This document shows positions 53,716 through 64,000 of a stretch of 64,000 nucleotides of DNA, piece by piece. Location: contig NC_087447.1 of NCBI RefSeq assembly GCF_036321535.1, positions 33,234,001-33,298,000 on the forward strand, in the 5' to 3' direction. This stretch comes from Camelus dromedarius. Its lineage: Eukaryota. Within the stretch, counting starts at the first letter, position 1; the number at the start of each line of letters is the position of its first letter. A model generated the notes under the pieces. It did no database searches. It saw nothing but the letters and a program-made list of their open reading frames with translations, and was not told the DNA's origin. The translations under genes were made by a program, and so were the position numbers.

Positions 53716-54944
53716 TGACAGTGCTGAGAGAATGAAATTAAAAGATTCAGGAAAGGAGCCATCACTGCCCGCCCTTCCCTGCTTTTATTAGCCCAAGTGT
53801 AGTCCTACTTCGTCTAGTACAAATTACCCACGGCCTCCTCTTCTTGTATTATACAGTTGTTTTTCCGTGTTTGCATCTAATTCACATACGCATTTTAAAA
53901 TGGAGAGGAATGGAAAATATATTGACTGCTTAACACCAAGAGACTCATCAAACCAAGATCATCTTCCTAGAAACAAATAAAGCAACAAAAGCACCTACAA
54001 ACTATTGCCTTGCTGATTGAACCTTATTATTATCTTCCAGGTTTCTCGTACAGTTGCTGTAAGATACTGTGACCCTCACACCGTGGATTCATAACTCACG
54101 AATCAATAATCCCAGGTGCCTTGATGCAGCTGGGAGAGCAGGATGCTTGCAGCTTGCTCATCAAACAGGTAGGCTGAACCCTAACGGTAAATAAGTAAAC
54201 AGCATTCCGTTGCCAATACAAAGTATCATGTTTCATCTTTGTTATTCATGAACTTAACGTTCCATGAAAAAGACCTATTTAAATTTTTGTTCTGTTATTT
54301 AACTACAAGGCAACACTGCTCCCCCACACCTGGCAAGAAAGGCTTCCGGTATCTCTCCACTACAGAGAAATGAGTCAGAAGAATTGAAGATACTTTCCAG
54401 CAAAAAGAAACAATAAATGTCTTGATAACTGCCTGTTCCCGAACAGTGAGTGATGATAGACAAAATACAACAAGTCCTTTTTTCCAAATGAATATCTGAA
54501 CCTGCAAGGATGGAGCAGAAATTTGCAGTGGCAAAAGAAGAGGGAGCTAAAAACCAAAGATATGAGTGATGGCTGACCGAAGGACCATCAGGTTTCGATG
54601 TTCAGGAAAGAAGAGTTTAGACTGTCCCAAGTTTGGAAACAAAAATCCTTAAATAAAGATGGGGCTACTGAAGAATTATGCACGCATTGGGGGAAACGTG
54701 GGCTTAAAATGTACCTGCCCACTAGAAAAGGGAAATGGAGAAGGAATGTGCTTCTCTTCCATGTATAAAAATATTCCCTTGAATTTGTGTAACCACAGGC
54801 CTACACTGACAGTTTTAGGAACAAACTATTCATCTGTGTAGTATGGGACAGATACTGTGGGCCAAAAAATTAACATAAAGTGGCTTCATATTAGTAGTTC
54901 CCAAGTGTACCTGGAAGAAGCAAAACGCAAATACTCTCTATCCT

Positions 54945-55165
54945 TGTAATAGCCAGTAAGTTGGCCACTAGCCGTATGTGACTCAATTAAATTATAATTT
55001 AAGAAGTAAACAAAGTTTTTCAAATTTAATTAATTTAAAATTCAGTTCCTTACATTAGCCACATATCAAGTGCTCAATAGTCACATGTGACTAGTGGCTA
55101 CCACACTAGACAACAGAAATAGAAAACATTTCCATCATTGCAAAAATTTCTGTTGAACAGTACTG
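54945..55165 (-). mobile_element. MER3 hAT-Charlie DNA transposon
   Basis: gccactagcc ... aaaattcagttcct ... caagtgctcaatagtcacatgtgactagtggctacc ... aacatttccatcattgca. Confidence 0.85.
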
Positions 55166-55169
55166 GTCT

Positions 55170-56700
55170 CTATAGATACACCCTTAATCCAGGTTTCTTA
55201 AGATTCCCATAGCTAATTGATGATGAAATTGAGTTCACAACTCACGATTACTAAAAAAAACAACCAACCAACCAACAAACAAAACAAGGAAACAAGTCAC
55301 CATGAGTGAGAGTAATCCGAAAAAGAACTGTCATAAAACTAATAACTTTAGACAATAAAGTTTTCCAACATACATCATAAAAATGTTTCTAATTTTTTTT
55401 TAAATTGAAGATAGACTAAAAAATATAACAAAGGAAAAAGATACTACCAAAAACAATCTGGGAGATTTGAAAAAGAACAGAATTTCTAGAAACATATATG
55501 TGAGTATATACTTACATGTGATGTATGTGTGCATAATCATTGAAATTCCAAACTCGGCGACTCAAGGAAAAACCCACTCACTGATGGATTTATCTACATA
55601 AATTACCAAGAATGCAACACAAAACTTCTCACTGAAAGTATAGAAATACAGGTAAAGAGACGTGGAACACAGAGAAAATCTAACTGGAGTTTTAAGGGAG
55701 AGAGAATAAAAAGAATGATGAAGAGCCAATCTTTGAAGAGAAAAGGACATTTTTCCAGATTTTATGATAGTCAGCAACCCACAAATTGAGGAAATCAATA
55801 TCAAACAGGATAAATATACAGAAATCCAAACCTGGATATATCTTAATAAAACTGCAGATAACCAAAGAAAACTAGACTGTTAGACTGAAAAGCATCACTT
55901 ACAAAAGAACACTGATGATAACCTCCTAGAAGAAAACATGAAGAAATGAAAGAAAGAAGTGAAAGAAAGAAATGAAAGAAACAAAGGAAAGGAAAGGAAA
56001 GGAAAGGAAAGAAAAGAAAAGAAAAGAAAAGAAAGAAAGAAAAGGAAAAGAAAGAAAAAAGAAAAAAGAAAAAGAAAAAAAGAAAAGGAAAGAAAAAGAA
56101 AGAAAAAAAGAAAAGGAAAGAAAACAAAAGGAGGAAAAGAAAGGAAGAAGGATTACAGACGAGCAGAGCCGATTTCTCCGTACTAACAAAGGGAAGCCAG
56201 GAGACTGTGGGATAACGGCTTTGAAAAGCTGAGAGAAAATAACTGACAATCCAGAAGCAGATATAGAGATAATTATTTAAAAGTAAGATTGAAATTGTCA
56301 TTTTCAAACAAACAAAAAGGAATACATTTACCACTAACAGTTCTCACTGAAAAAGCTTCTCAGGGTTACAATGTGGCAACGGAATAGGGATTCCGAAAAG
56401 ACTGACAGGCAGCAAGGAACGCAGGCAAGACCGTGTGGATAAATCACACCAGCAACAACTGTGCGATGAAATTAACGTGGGTAGTAACGGAGCGAAACAG
56501 AACTGAAATTCTGAAAGCGGTAACATAAAGGACAGAGATGGCTGGACTGAAAGCATTCTAAGTCAAGTCTGTTCTCAAGCAGGACAGAAATAACTCCAGA
56601 TTTTGTTAAGCTATGTCTGGATGTGAAACCTTGAAGCGTAACAACCAAAAATAGAGAAATAAAGTGTCTAAACTTCAAAGCCAGTCAAGTTATAAAGACA
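55170..56700 (+). mobile_element. Ancient L1M/HAL1 ORF1-region remnant
   Basis: A-rich; acatttttccagattttatga ... aataaaactgcagataacc ... tttaccactaacag. Interrupted by a purine tract. Confidence 0.65.
55940..56150. repeat. ~210-bp compound (GGAAA/GAAAA/GAAA)n purine tract
   Basis: Almost pyrimidine-free on the plus strand. Confidence 0.97.
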
Positions 56701-56999
56701 TCCTGGGAAAACCTCAATCTGCAGAGCAACTTTTTCAGGGAAGGGGGAGGCAGTATAATTGGACGGGGGTACAATGCCTCAGTTAGATTAGCAATCAGTA
56801 CAGATATAAATGTTCTCTTTCCTAAAACAGATGGTGACCACATGGATTTTTTTTCCTTTTACTTCTTTTTGTATCTTTTCATTTGTCTAAAATACTTAAT
56901 AGTAAATTAAAACCAAAAAATGGTATGCCCCACTTGCAAAATACCTGCTGTACAAAGAAATATTAACAAAAACATCACAAGAGTAAAGTGCTTTAAACT

Positions 57000-57200
57000 T
57001 GACCAAGTGCTATTCTTTTCACTGCTGCATTTGATCATCACCACAAAGGGAAAAGGCAAGTAAGATGAGATTCATAGTCTCCGTTTTGAAAACCAGGAAG
57101 CAAAAATGACCAAGGCAGCGAACCCCCTAGTCATACAACCAAAAAGTAGTAGAACTTGTCCTCAGTCTCAGTCTACTAAACACTAGTTCAGTGTCTCCCC
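57000..57200 (-). mobile_element. MIR SINE
   Basis: catttgatcatcaccaca ... ctccgttttgaaaaccaggaagc ... cctagtcatacaacc. Confidence 0.6.
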
Positions 57201-57279
57201 AGTACACAAGGCTACCTTCTGTCTATCAAAAAAATTTAAACAATACATTACAGAATTAGCAAGCCCCACAGAAACGGCA

Positions 57280-57725
57280 TTTTACCTGAAAAAAAATGCT
57301 GAGTATTAATATAAGAATATACTTACTCAGAGGGAATTGCCAGGGATTTAAACAAGATTTATGCATAAGGATGTTCAATGAAGCATTAGTTATAAAAGTG
57401 CAAATAAAAAATGACCTAAATATCCCACAATAGGGAAGTGCGTCGGTGTAATGCAATGTTACACAGTCGTTACAAATCATTTTCTAAGAGTATTTGTATC
57501 TTAGGAAAATGATAATGATATAACATTGCAGGGAAATTTGGTATTAAAATTTTGATACCCATTTCATTCAACTATAGACGTTGATGTAAAAACTGACAAT
57601 GATGATGGATATATGCCTATTCAAAACTAAGAAATAAATGTACCGAAGCATTAACAGTCATTCTATCTGGGGTGGAGGGGTTGAAATCATTGTTCATTTT
57701 ATCTTAATTCTCTGAAATAAACATA
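57280..57725 (+). mobile_element. Ancient L1ME 3' end
   Basis: atgcataaggatgttcaatgaagcattagttataa ... acctaaatatcccacaataggga. Confidence 0.75.
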
Positions 57726-58125
57726 TATTGTGGCCCTCATCTGAACAAAGTAAAACTTTAGTAAATTTTAGAACTCCCTTTTTACGAAAGCACCAGCCAC
57801 TGTAGATCTCTTACTCTCTCATTGAGTTCAAGAGCTAAAAGCCAACATGCTAAAAGGAAATAAAACCAAAAGAAAATGAAGAAAATAAATCAAAGATGAG
57901 GGTAAAACATCTCTGAAATTGGATCATATGAGATCAGAGCCTGCTTCTCATTATCACTGGCTCCTCATCAAGTAAGTTAACCGGCCTCAGATATATGACT
58001 GAAAACCAGACACAGAAGGACCCTAATGCCCCAAGTTTCTGGGTTAACAACAGCAATAGCTGAGTATCAAAAAGGCTGCCCCAAAAAGGCACTCCAGCCA
58101 AGTCATTTCCCCTAGGACAGTTGTC

Positions 58126-58284
58126 TGAGGAAATTAATACCAAACAGGACAAACATCAAGAAATTCCCACCTGGATATATCTTAATAAAACTGCAGAAAA
58201 CCAAAGAAAACAAGAAGATTATACAAGCAGACTGAAAAGCATCACCTACAGAAGAACATGGATGAAAACCTCCTAGAGGAAAAC
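58126..58284 (+). repeat. Dispersed direct copy of 55787-55937
   Basis: Colinear similarity including an identical 29-mer, acctggatatatcttaataaaactgcaga. Confidence 0.92.
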
Positions 58285-58622
58285 GTATGCTAACCATCTC
58301 CAGCGCCTAAACCCAGGCATGCGGGGCAGTAACAGTTTCCTTGTAGAAGACTCCCATTCTGCTGAGTGTCTTCTGCTGACTCCTCAAGAAATATCTCATT
58401 TAATTTTAAAGTTCAATTCACAAGCCCACATCCAATACTACAGGCTGTCACTTCCCCAGACTTGAGCGTACCCATCATCTAATAACTCATGATGAGCCTC
58501 TGATCACTTCATTTAGTCCTACACCAGCCATCTCTCAAGTACCCATTCGGCTGGTCACAAGAGGTCTTGCTGAGGCTGGAGAAATTTTAGGCTCTTCAAT
58601 CTTGTTTTCAGCTATAATGTAC

Positions 58623-58780
58623 CTGCCATCGAAATAAAAGCGGTTATTGGTTTTTCCATTTCTTCTCGGCTGGAGAAATGAGGACTGGAGAGGGGACTGA
58701 AAGCCGGAAGCTAACGCATGCGGTGTCTCTTCCCTTTCTTTAAATCAAATGTCCTTCTGTGCCCTTTACTCCGCCCTCTC
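58623..58780 (-). promoter_or_regulatory. Candidate alternative promoter / first exon (unverified)
   Basis: GC box, TATA-like TTTAAA, CGCATGCG and CCGGAAG motifs, strong-Kozak ATG and CAG|gtacat donor; see findings. Confidence 0.3.
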
Positions 58781-60127
58781 TTGCTCCCTTCTTCCTCCCG
58801 TGTCTCCCCGGGGCACTGTGAGCCTGAATCCAAGATTCGTGGCAGTGAGCAGCTCAGGGAAAAGTAAACCCGGCATTCAGGAAAGCTGGTGAATCTAGTC
58901 AAAGTGATTAAAGTGGAGTTTTCAGAGACAACCCTGGAAGGCCAGGTTCTTGCACGGGGACCTCAGATCTCAACTAGGTTTTCCTGGTGCCTTTGTGTGG
59001 CCACAGTGATGGTGGTGGTGGTGCCTGTGGTGTGATGATGGTGAGAGAGAGGACAAAGATGTCAAGAAAGAGGTGATAGGAGCTGGGAAACTCAAACATA
59101 AGCCTAGGAAACAAAATAAAACACGTTTGTTATACAGACACCGAACTGACAAAAAAAAAAGCAAGTCAAAAGAAGACAGCACAGATATAATTATGATGTG
59201 AATTTTAAATTCAGCTTAATTTTGCCATTTATTGAAGATAAAACCCTCGTCTCTTCCACCATCAATGAATGTCAGTCAGGTATAACAGAACAAGCACATC
59301 CCCGTACTTCTGTGTTTGGTTTCTGAAACGTTAAAGTTAACTTATTAACCTGACATACAGTGCAGAGGACAGCAAGGACCATTAGGTGGCTCAGTGATTC
59401 TAATTTAACCTGTGCTGTGCTAACCCAAGGAGGGGATCTCCTACTAGGTTCCAAGAACTCACAAAAGGCAGAGAGCGGAGTAGGCAGTCGGGTGGGGGCC
59501 AACTTTTCAGGGCAACAAATAAAGATGATAACTTGAGGGCTTTTTAATTTAAAAAAGATGAACTGTCCAACTAATTTGCTTCTAAAACAAATCACTGGGA
59601 ACATACAATTCCTCACTAAACACTGCAGACAACACAAAATAGACCTCGTCTTGTGCTCTGGCCAAAGAGAGAAATAAAAGCAGAGGGGAAAGGGGGAGAA
59701 AAATCTAAATCAAAGAAGAAAGACACAAGAAAAGAGAAAGAGTGAGTGTGTATGAATACAAAAGAGAGGGAAGAAGAGGAGAGAATTACAGAGAGGGAAA
59801 AAGAAGACCAGAATAAAATCAGATCCGGAGACAGGCTCTGTAGATTGTCAGGTAAATACACTAATGAATGAAGCTGGTTTTGTGAATCCCAGCTTTCCAT
59901 TCCGCCAGTGGCCACTCCATGTAATCACTGCCCTTTGAAATGCTGATTAGGTCTTCAGCATGGCAACTTCATTGAAAGCCCCCGTGTTCCCGAAATGTCG
60001 TGGGTTTGGGGGGTTTTGTTTGTTTGTTTGTTTGTTTTAGCTCTAAATGGGTCATATTTTCTCTGGCCAAAGCACTACATTAAGTCCGCAGGAGGAAATG
60101 ATTCTCTTACCATCAAGACCAGACAGT

Positions 60128-60300
60128 GCTGAAAGCAGCAGTTTTCAATCCTGGCTGCGAGTTAGAATCACTGGGAGAGAGCTTTAAAGCAAGATACAAT
60201 ATTGACACTCCCAAATAAAATACTGATGCCCAGTCTGTCTGAATAATTAAACCAGAATCTCCCAGTAACAGACCCAAACAAGGAAATCTTATGCGTTGAG
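60128..60300. mobile_element. MER5A-like fragment
   Basis: gcagttttcaatcctggctgcgagttagaatcactgggagagcttta ... aattaaaccagaatctc. Confidence 0.7.
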
Positions 60301-60504
60301 TGAAAGACATTCTTACCTCCCCTCAAAAACGTAGGGCTTCCAGGGGGCAGGTATATTCACTCCAGACTTTTGTATAATTACATTTTGCTTTTTCTCTATT
60401 TTCAGCTGGGTTCTGCAAGGAACAAGTGAGTTTCTAAGAACCAAGTTCAGAGGCATGTTGAGTCTACCTGACTTTTTGTAACACATGTCCAAAAGGAGAT
60501 AGAC

Positions 60505-60642
60505 GAGGGAGGGTACAGCTCAGTGGTAGAGTGCAGTGCTTAGCATGCACGAGGTCCTGGGTTCAAGCCCCAGGACCTCTGCTAAATAAATAAATAAACC
60601 TTATTACCACCACCACCCACCCACCTCCCAAAAAAATGAATG
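60505..60642 (+). mobile_element. Camelid vic-1-type tRNA-Ala(AGC)-derived SINE, full length
   Basis: A box cagctcagtgg, anticodon loop cttagcat, B box ggttcaagcc, (taaa)n plus C-rich tail; 15-bp TSD caaaaggagatagac / caaaaggagcgagac. Confidence 0.95.
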
Positions 60643-61759
60643 CAAAAGGAGCGAGACTGCTGAAAAAGACAAGCTGCAGCAGGGACCATGCCTTCAATGA
60701 CACCTGACCACAGCTCAGCCTGGCTCCCTCTTCCCCACGGCCAGGCCCACCCTCGCAGCACAGCAACTCCTAACGCCTTTTACCTGCTCAGTTTGGTCCA
60801 ACAAATGAACTACCCCAGACAGCGCGCTAAGGTTCCAAGGAAACTAAACTGCATCTTGCTAAAAAGCAAAACCAAATGAAGAAGGTCTTTTAGGAACTGT
60901 ACACCCTAAGAAAATTTTCCTTACGACTGACCCTCTGCCCTCTGGTCCCACTGGAAGAATTTCAGAACCTGAGAGGCGGTTATCACTGAGACAGCCCAGT
61001 TCTGAGAGAACCACACCATTATCTGCACCTAATCCATCCATTTCTGAGCGTTAACAGCACAGTGGACGAACAAACAGGCATGAAGATAAGTATCAACTCC
61101 GGGCCTGGAGCGAAGATTCTCTAAAAAGGATGTTTGGGAACGGGCTTCATGCCGTTCTGCAGTCCTTTATTGTGCCTGTTTGGAATTGAGTTTTGTTTAC
61201 TTTGGTTAACAGTCACTTGTGCTTCATGCGCTGCCAGTAGAAGACATGGTCCCTGCCCTGCAGGAGCTGGAAAACGAAGCAGAAAAAACAGAAATAAAGA
61301 GGAGAAGGCTAAGTCTGTCTCTCCCCAATGTAACCACGGGAACTGCTTTTTGAGCTCCAATCGGAGGTGCCCTGGGAGCCTGGCCGGTGCTCTCAGACAT
61401 GGTGGATTATTGCTTTGCAAAAACTAAACCATTGGATTTAATATTTTTCCTACAAATGTCATTTAAAATAAATTTTGACCCTAAACCTTCCCTGCACCCA
61501 CACCTTTATGCTCCTGGATGAAAGAAAAATAATCACTAGCATTGATTTTCCTCCCTTCCCCCAAAGAACATTTGTTAATCCTTCACAGGACACCAAGAAA
61601 GGACATGGTACAGCCCACCAGAAAGAGATGTCCCCAGAGGGCTAACATTCCATGTGTTTCTAAGAAAGTGAGGGACAGGGATCTGGGCTGGCACACAAAA
61701 ACCAGCAGAAGAAGGTAATTATGTGGAGCAGGGGGGGTCTTGAGGTGAGGCAGACCCAT

Positions 61760-61930
61760 GTCCACACTCAGCTGTGTGACCTTGAGAAAGATACTTAATC
61801 TCCCCAAGCTCCAAGTTTTCTCATTTGTAAAGTACGTCCAATAAGATGATTTAATTCAAAGGATCTTGGTGGATATTTCACAATTTCATCAAGAATACAA
61901 ATGCCGAGCACAGTGCCTGGCACAAAATCA
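61760..61930 (+). mobile_element. MIR SINE
   Basis: cagctgtgtgaccttgagaaagatacttaatctc ... tcatttgtaaa ... gcacagtgcctggcaca. Confidence 0.85.
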
Positions 61931-61939
61931 ATGCACAGT

Positions 61940-63290
61940 TTTTTTCATTCATTCAAGAAATATTTAATGAGTGGAAAGAAATTGCCAGGCAATGCTCTAG
62001 GGGCTGGGGCAATAAACACAACAGACACAAATTCCTGCTTTCATGCTGCTTACCGTCTACTGTTAAGTAAGTTGTACGCTGTTTTAGACGGTGATGATTG
62101 CTGTGGAGAAGGTGAAAGCAGAGAAGGGAGTGGGGATGATGTGCAATTTTTTTTCTTGTTTACCTTGAATTTTTTTTTTAATAATCAACATCAATCAAAG
62201 TGCCATATGGCTTTTGGTTTTTTACAATTTGATGTATTTTGATAGATGTATACACCAATAAAACCACCACCACAATCAAGATAGCTAACACTTCCATCAC
62301 TCCCCAAGAGGGAAGTGCAATTTTAAGTAGACCTGACTGATTTGACAACATATGAGAAAAAAAAAAATTGAAGAGGTGAGTGAGTGAGTCATAGAGAGGA
62401 AAAAGCCATCGCAAAGGCCCAAGGGAGAGCCTTGTCTGGTATGTTGGCAGATCAGCAAGGAGGTCGGGTTGGCAGGAAGAGGCTAAGGATGGGGAAGATT
62501 AGGAGCAGATGAGATGTGGAGGTAAGGATGTCGTCCACTAGGTAGGGCTTTGAGGCTTGGCTCTTACACAGAGTGAATGACGAAGCCGCTGAAGAGGTCT
62601 GGGAACCTAAGTGACATGGTCTGATCCATCCTCTAACTGGATCCCATAAGCAGTTGTGTGCAGAAGAGACCACGAGGCGTGCAGGAGCAGAAACAGAGAG
62701 AGGACGGATGAGACCGCTGCCATCACAGAGGTAACAGCTGATGGTGGCTTAAACCAGATAATGACAATAAAGATGGTACAATGTGGTCCGATAGATTCTG
62801 GATATATTTTGAAGGTTGCCTTGACAGGATGTGCGAATGATCCACTGTGCAATGGGAGAGCTAGGAATCAAGGATGACTCTGGTGGTTTTAGCCTGCACA
62901 GCTGGAATGGTTGCCTTTCACTGATGGAAAAGACTGAAAGAGAAGCAGGTTGGGGAAGACAGGACACGGGGAATCAAGGAAGCTCGGTTTGAGATCTAAG
63001 TTTTACACGCCTTCTGCACACCAGGTGGTGATATATAAAGTAAGCTGTAGAATACATGACTCTAGGATGGAGGGGTCGGGAGCCCAGATTCCGAGGTAAA
63101 CGTGGGTGGCGTTAGTACAGAGATGCTACTTAATACCCTGAGACAAGGTGATATCACCAGGAAGTGAGTCAGAAGACGAATAGAAGTCCTTAAAGAGAGC
63201 CCTGGACACATCAATGTTGAGATCTCAGGAGGGAGACGAAGAACCAGCCAAAGAGACTGAGAAGAGTTTGTCAGTGAGGAAAACTGGGGG
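61940..63290 (-). mobile_element. LINE-2 3' portion with a short L1 tail inserted (~62160-62310)
   Basis: ttcattcattcaagaaatattt (reverse L2 tail) ... agattctggatatattttgaaggt ... ggaatcaaggatgactc; L1 piece accaccacaatcaagatagctaacacttccatcac. Confidence 0.88.
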
Positions 63291-63374
63291 AGACATATAC
63301 ACCCTCAGCTCCTTTTAGATTGAAATCACTCGAGTTATGTACACCCCCACGCATCTATCCACCTAGGATGTCAA

Positions 63375-63625
63375 CACAGTTGAGAACATGAACTTCAGAA
63401 TGAGCTAATCTGGATTCAAATCCAGATTCTTCCACTAACCAGGCCTTTGATGCTGGGAAGTTATTTAAGCTTCCTGAGTTTCTGCTTCCTTGGCTATAAA
63501 ATGAAGAGAATAATGCCCACTTCCCAGGATTGCAAGGAATAAATGAGACTTTGCATACAAAGTCTAGGGCTGGGTACCCAAGATGCTTAACAAAGAATGG
63601 CTACAGTTTCTGTAATTATTACTCA
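63375..63625 (+). mobile_element. MIR SINE
   Basis: ctggattcaaatccag ... aagttatttaagcttcctgagtttctgcttcc ... ataaaatgaagagaataatgcccacttcccagg. Confidence 0.85.
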
Positions 63626-63844
63626 CTAAGTACTTTTCCAGAATCCACAGTGGATGCAAATAGCCCCATGTATGAAGCACTCGGAACAGAGTAAAATCTA
63701 GTAGAGAATAAAAGATGATACATGGGAATTTCAAAAACCTTCTATAGACCATGGTCCCCAAGACAAGCTCTTTGAAAGAAGTGACCTTTTCCGGCTGATT
63801 TACACAGTCTCCTTTGCAAGTGGGACAAGCATGATGGCACTCAA

Positions 63845-63887
63845 GAATGAATGAATGAATGAATGAATGAATGAATGAATGAATGAA
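63845..63887. repeat. (GAAT)10 microsatellite
   Basis: Read directly; the same unit forms L2 tails. Confidence 0.97.
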
Positions 63888-64000
63888 GAGAATGACGTGA
63901 AGAAACACTGAGTATGTGCAAAAAGGGAGCACTGGGAGTTGAAACAGACAGAGAACGCTTCATTAATAGCATGGGGGAAAAGGTTTAGGTCATTTTTTCC

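Noticed and set aside
55843..56334. F/L/S-rich and K/R/E-rich ORFs
   Set aside because: Translations of the (GAAA)n tract.
54330..58659. Joined candidate exons read ...FISMAVERY..., resembling a GPCR E/DRY motif
   Set aside because: Hypothetical splice, only 22 aa and no transmembrane context; coincidence is likely.
60507..60580. tRNA-Ala(AGC)-like sequence as a tRNA gene
   Set aside because: Has a SINE tail and TSD, an extra base near the anticodon stem and acceptor-stem mismatches; it is a SINE.
1..64000. CRISPR array, operon or defence system, or intact endogenous viral gene
   Set aside because: No regularly spaced repeats, no long ORFs and no gag/pol/env or transposase frames; only solo LTRs and non-autonomous elements in mammalian DNA.

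Overview
This is mammalian nuclear DNA, almost certainly from a camelid (alpaca, vicuna or camel). It carries three tRNA-Ala-derived vic-1-type SINEs and young camelid-type L1 3' ends, and I saw no Alu, Bov-tA/BovB or PRE-1 elements. Roughly half or more of the window is interspersed repeat: ancient L2, MIR and L1M, hAT DNA transposons (MER58, MER5, MER3, MER45A, MER63), solo LTRs (MER41-like, MER21, MLT1, MLT2) and recent L1 insertions with target-site duplications (TSDs). Several TE-poor islands between them look regulatory. None of the six-frame ORFs is a recognisable protein, and I could not identify a known coding exon or name a host gene. The window reads like the interior of a very large intron, probably of a minus-strand gene (inference). 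I found no convincing novel multi-gene system. The best leads are: a candidate minus-strand alternative promoter and first coding exon at ~58.6-58.8 kb, with an in-frame 30-nt candidate exon at 54.3 kb; a 129-nt AG-free pyrimidine tract at 59.7 kb; a MER41-like LTR with a perfect STAT (GAS) site; a rearranged head-to-head L1 with an internal ORF2 deletion; and a ~155-bp dispersed duplication that ends at a long purine tract. Repeat family names come from my recall of consensus sequences, and boundaries are approximate unless a TSD is quoted.
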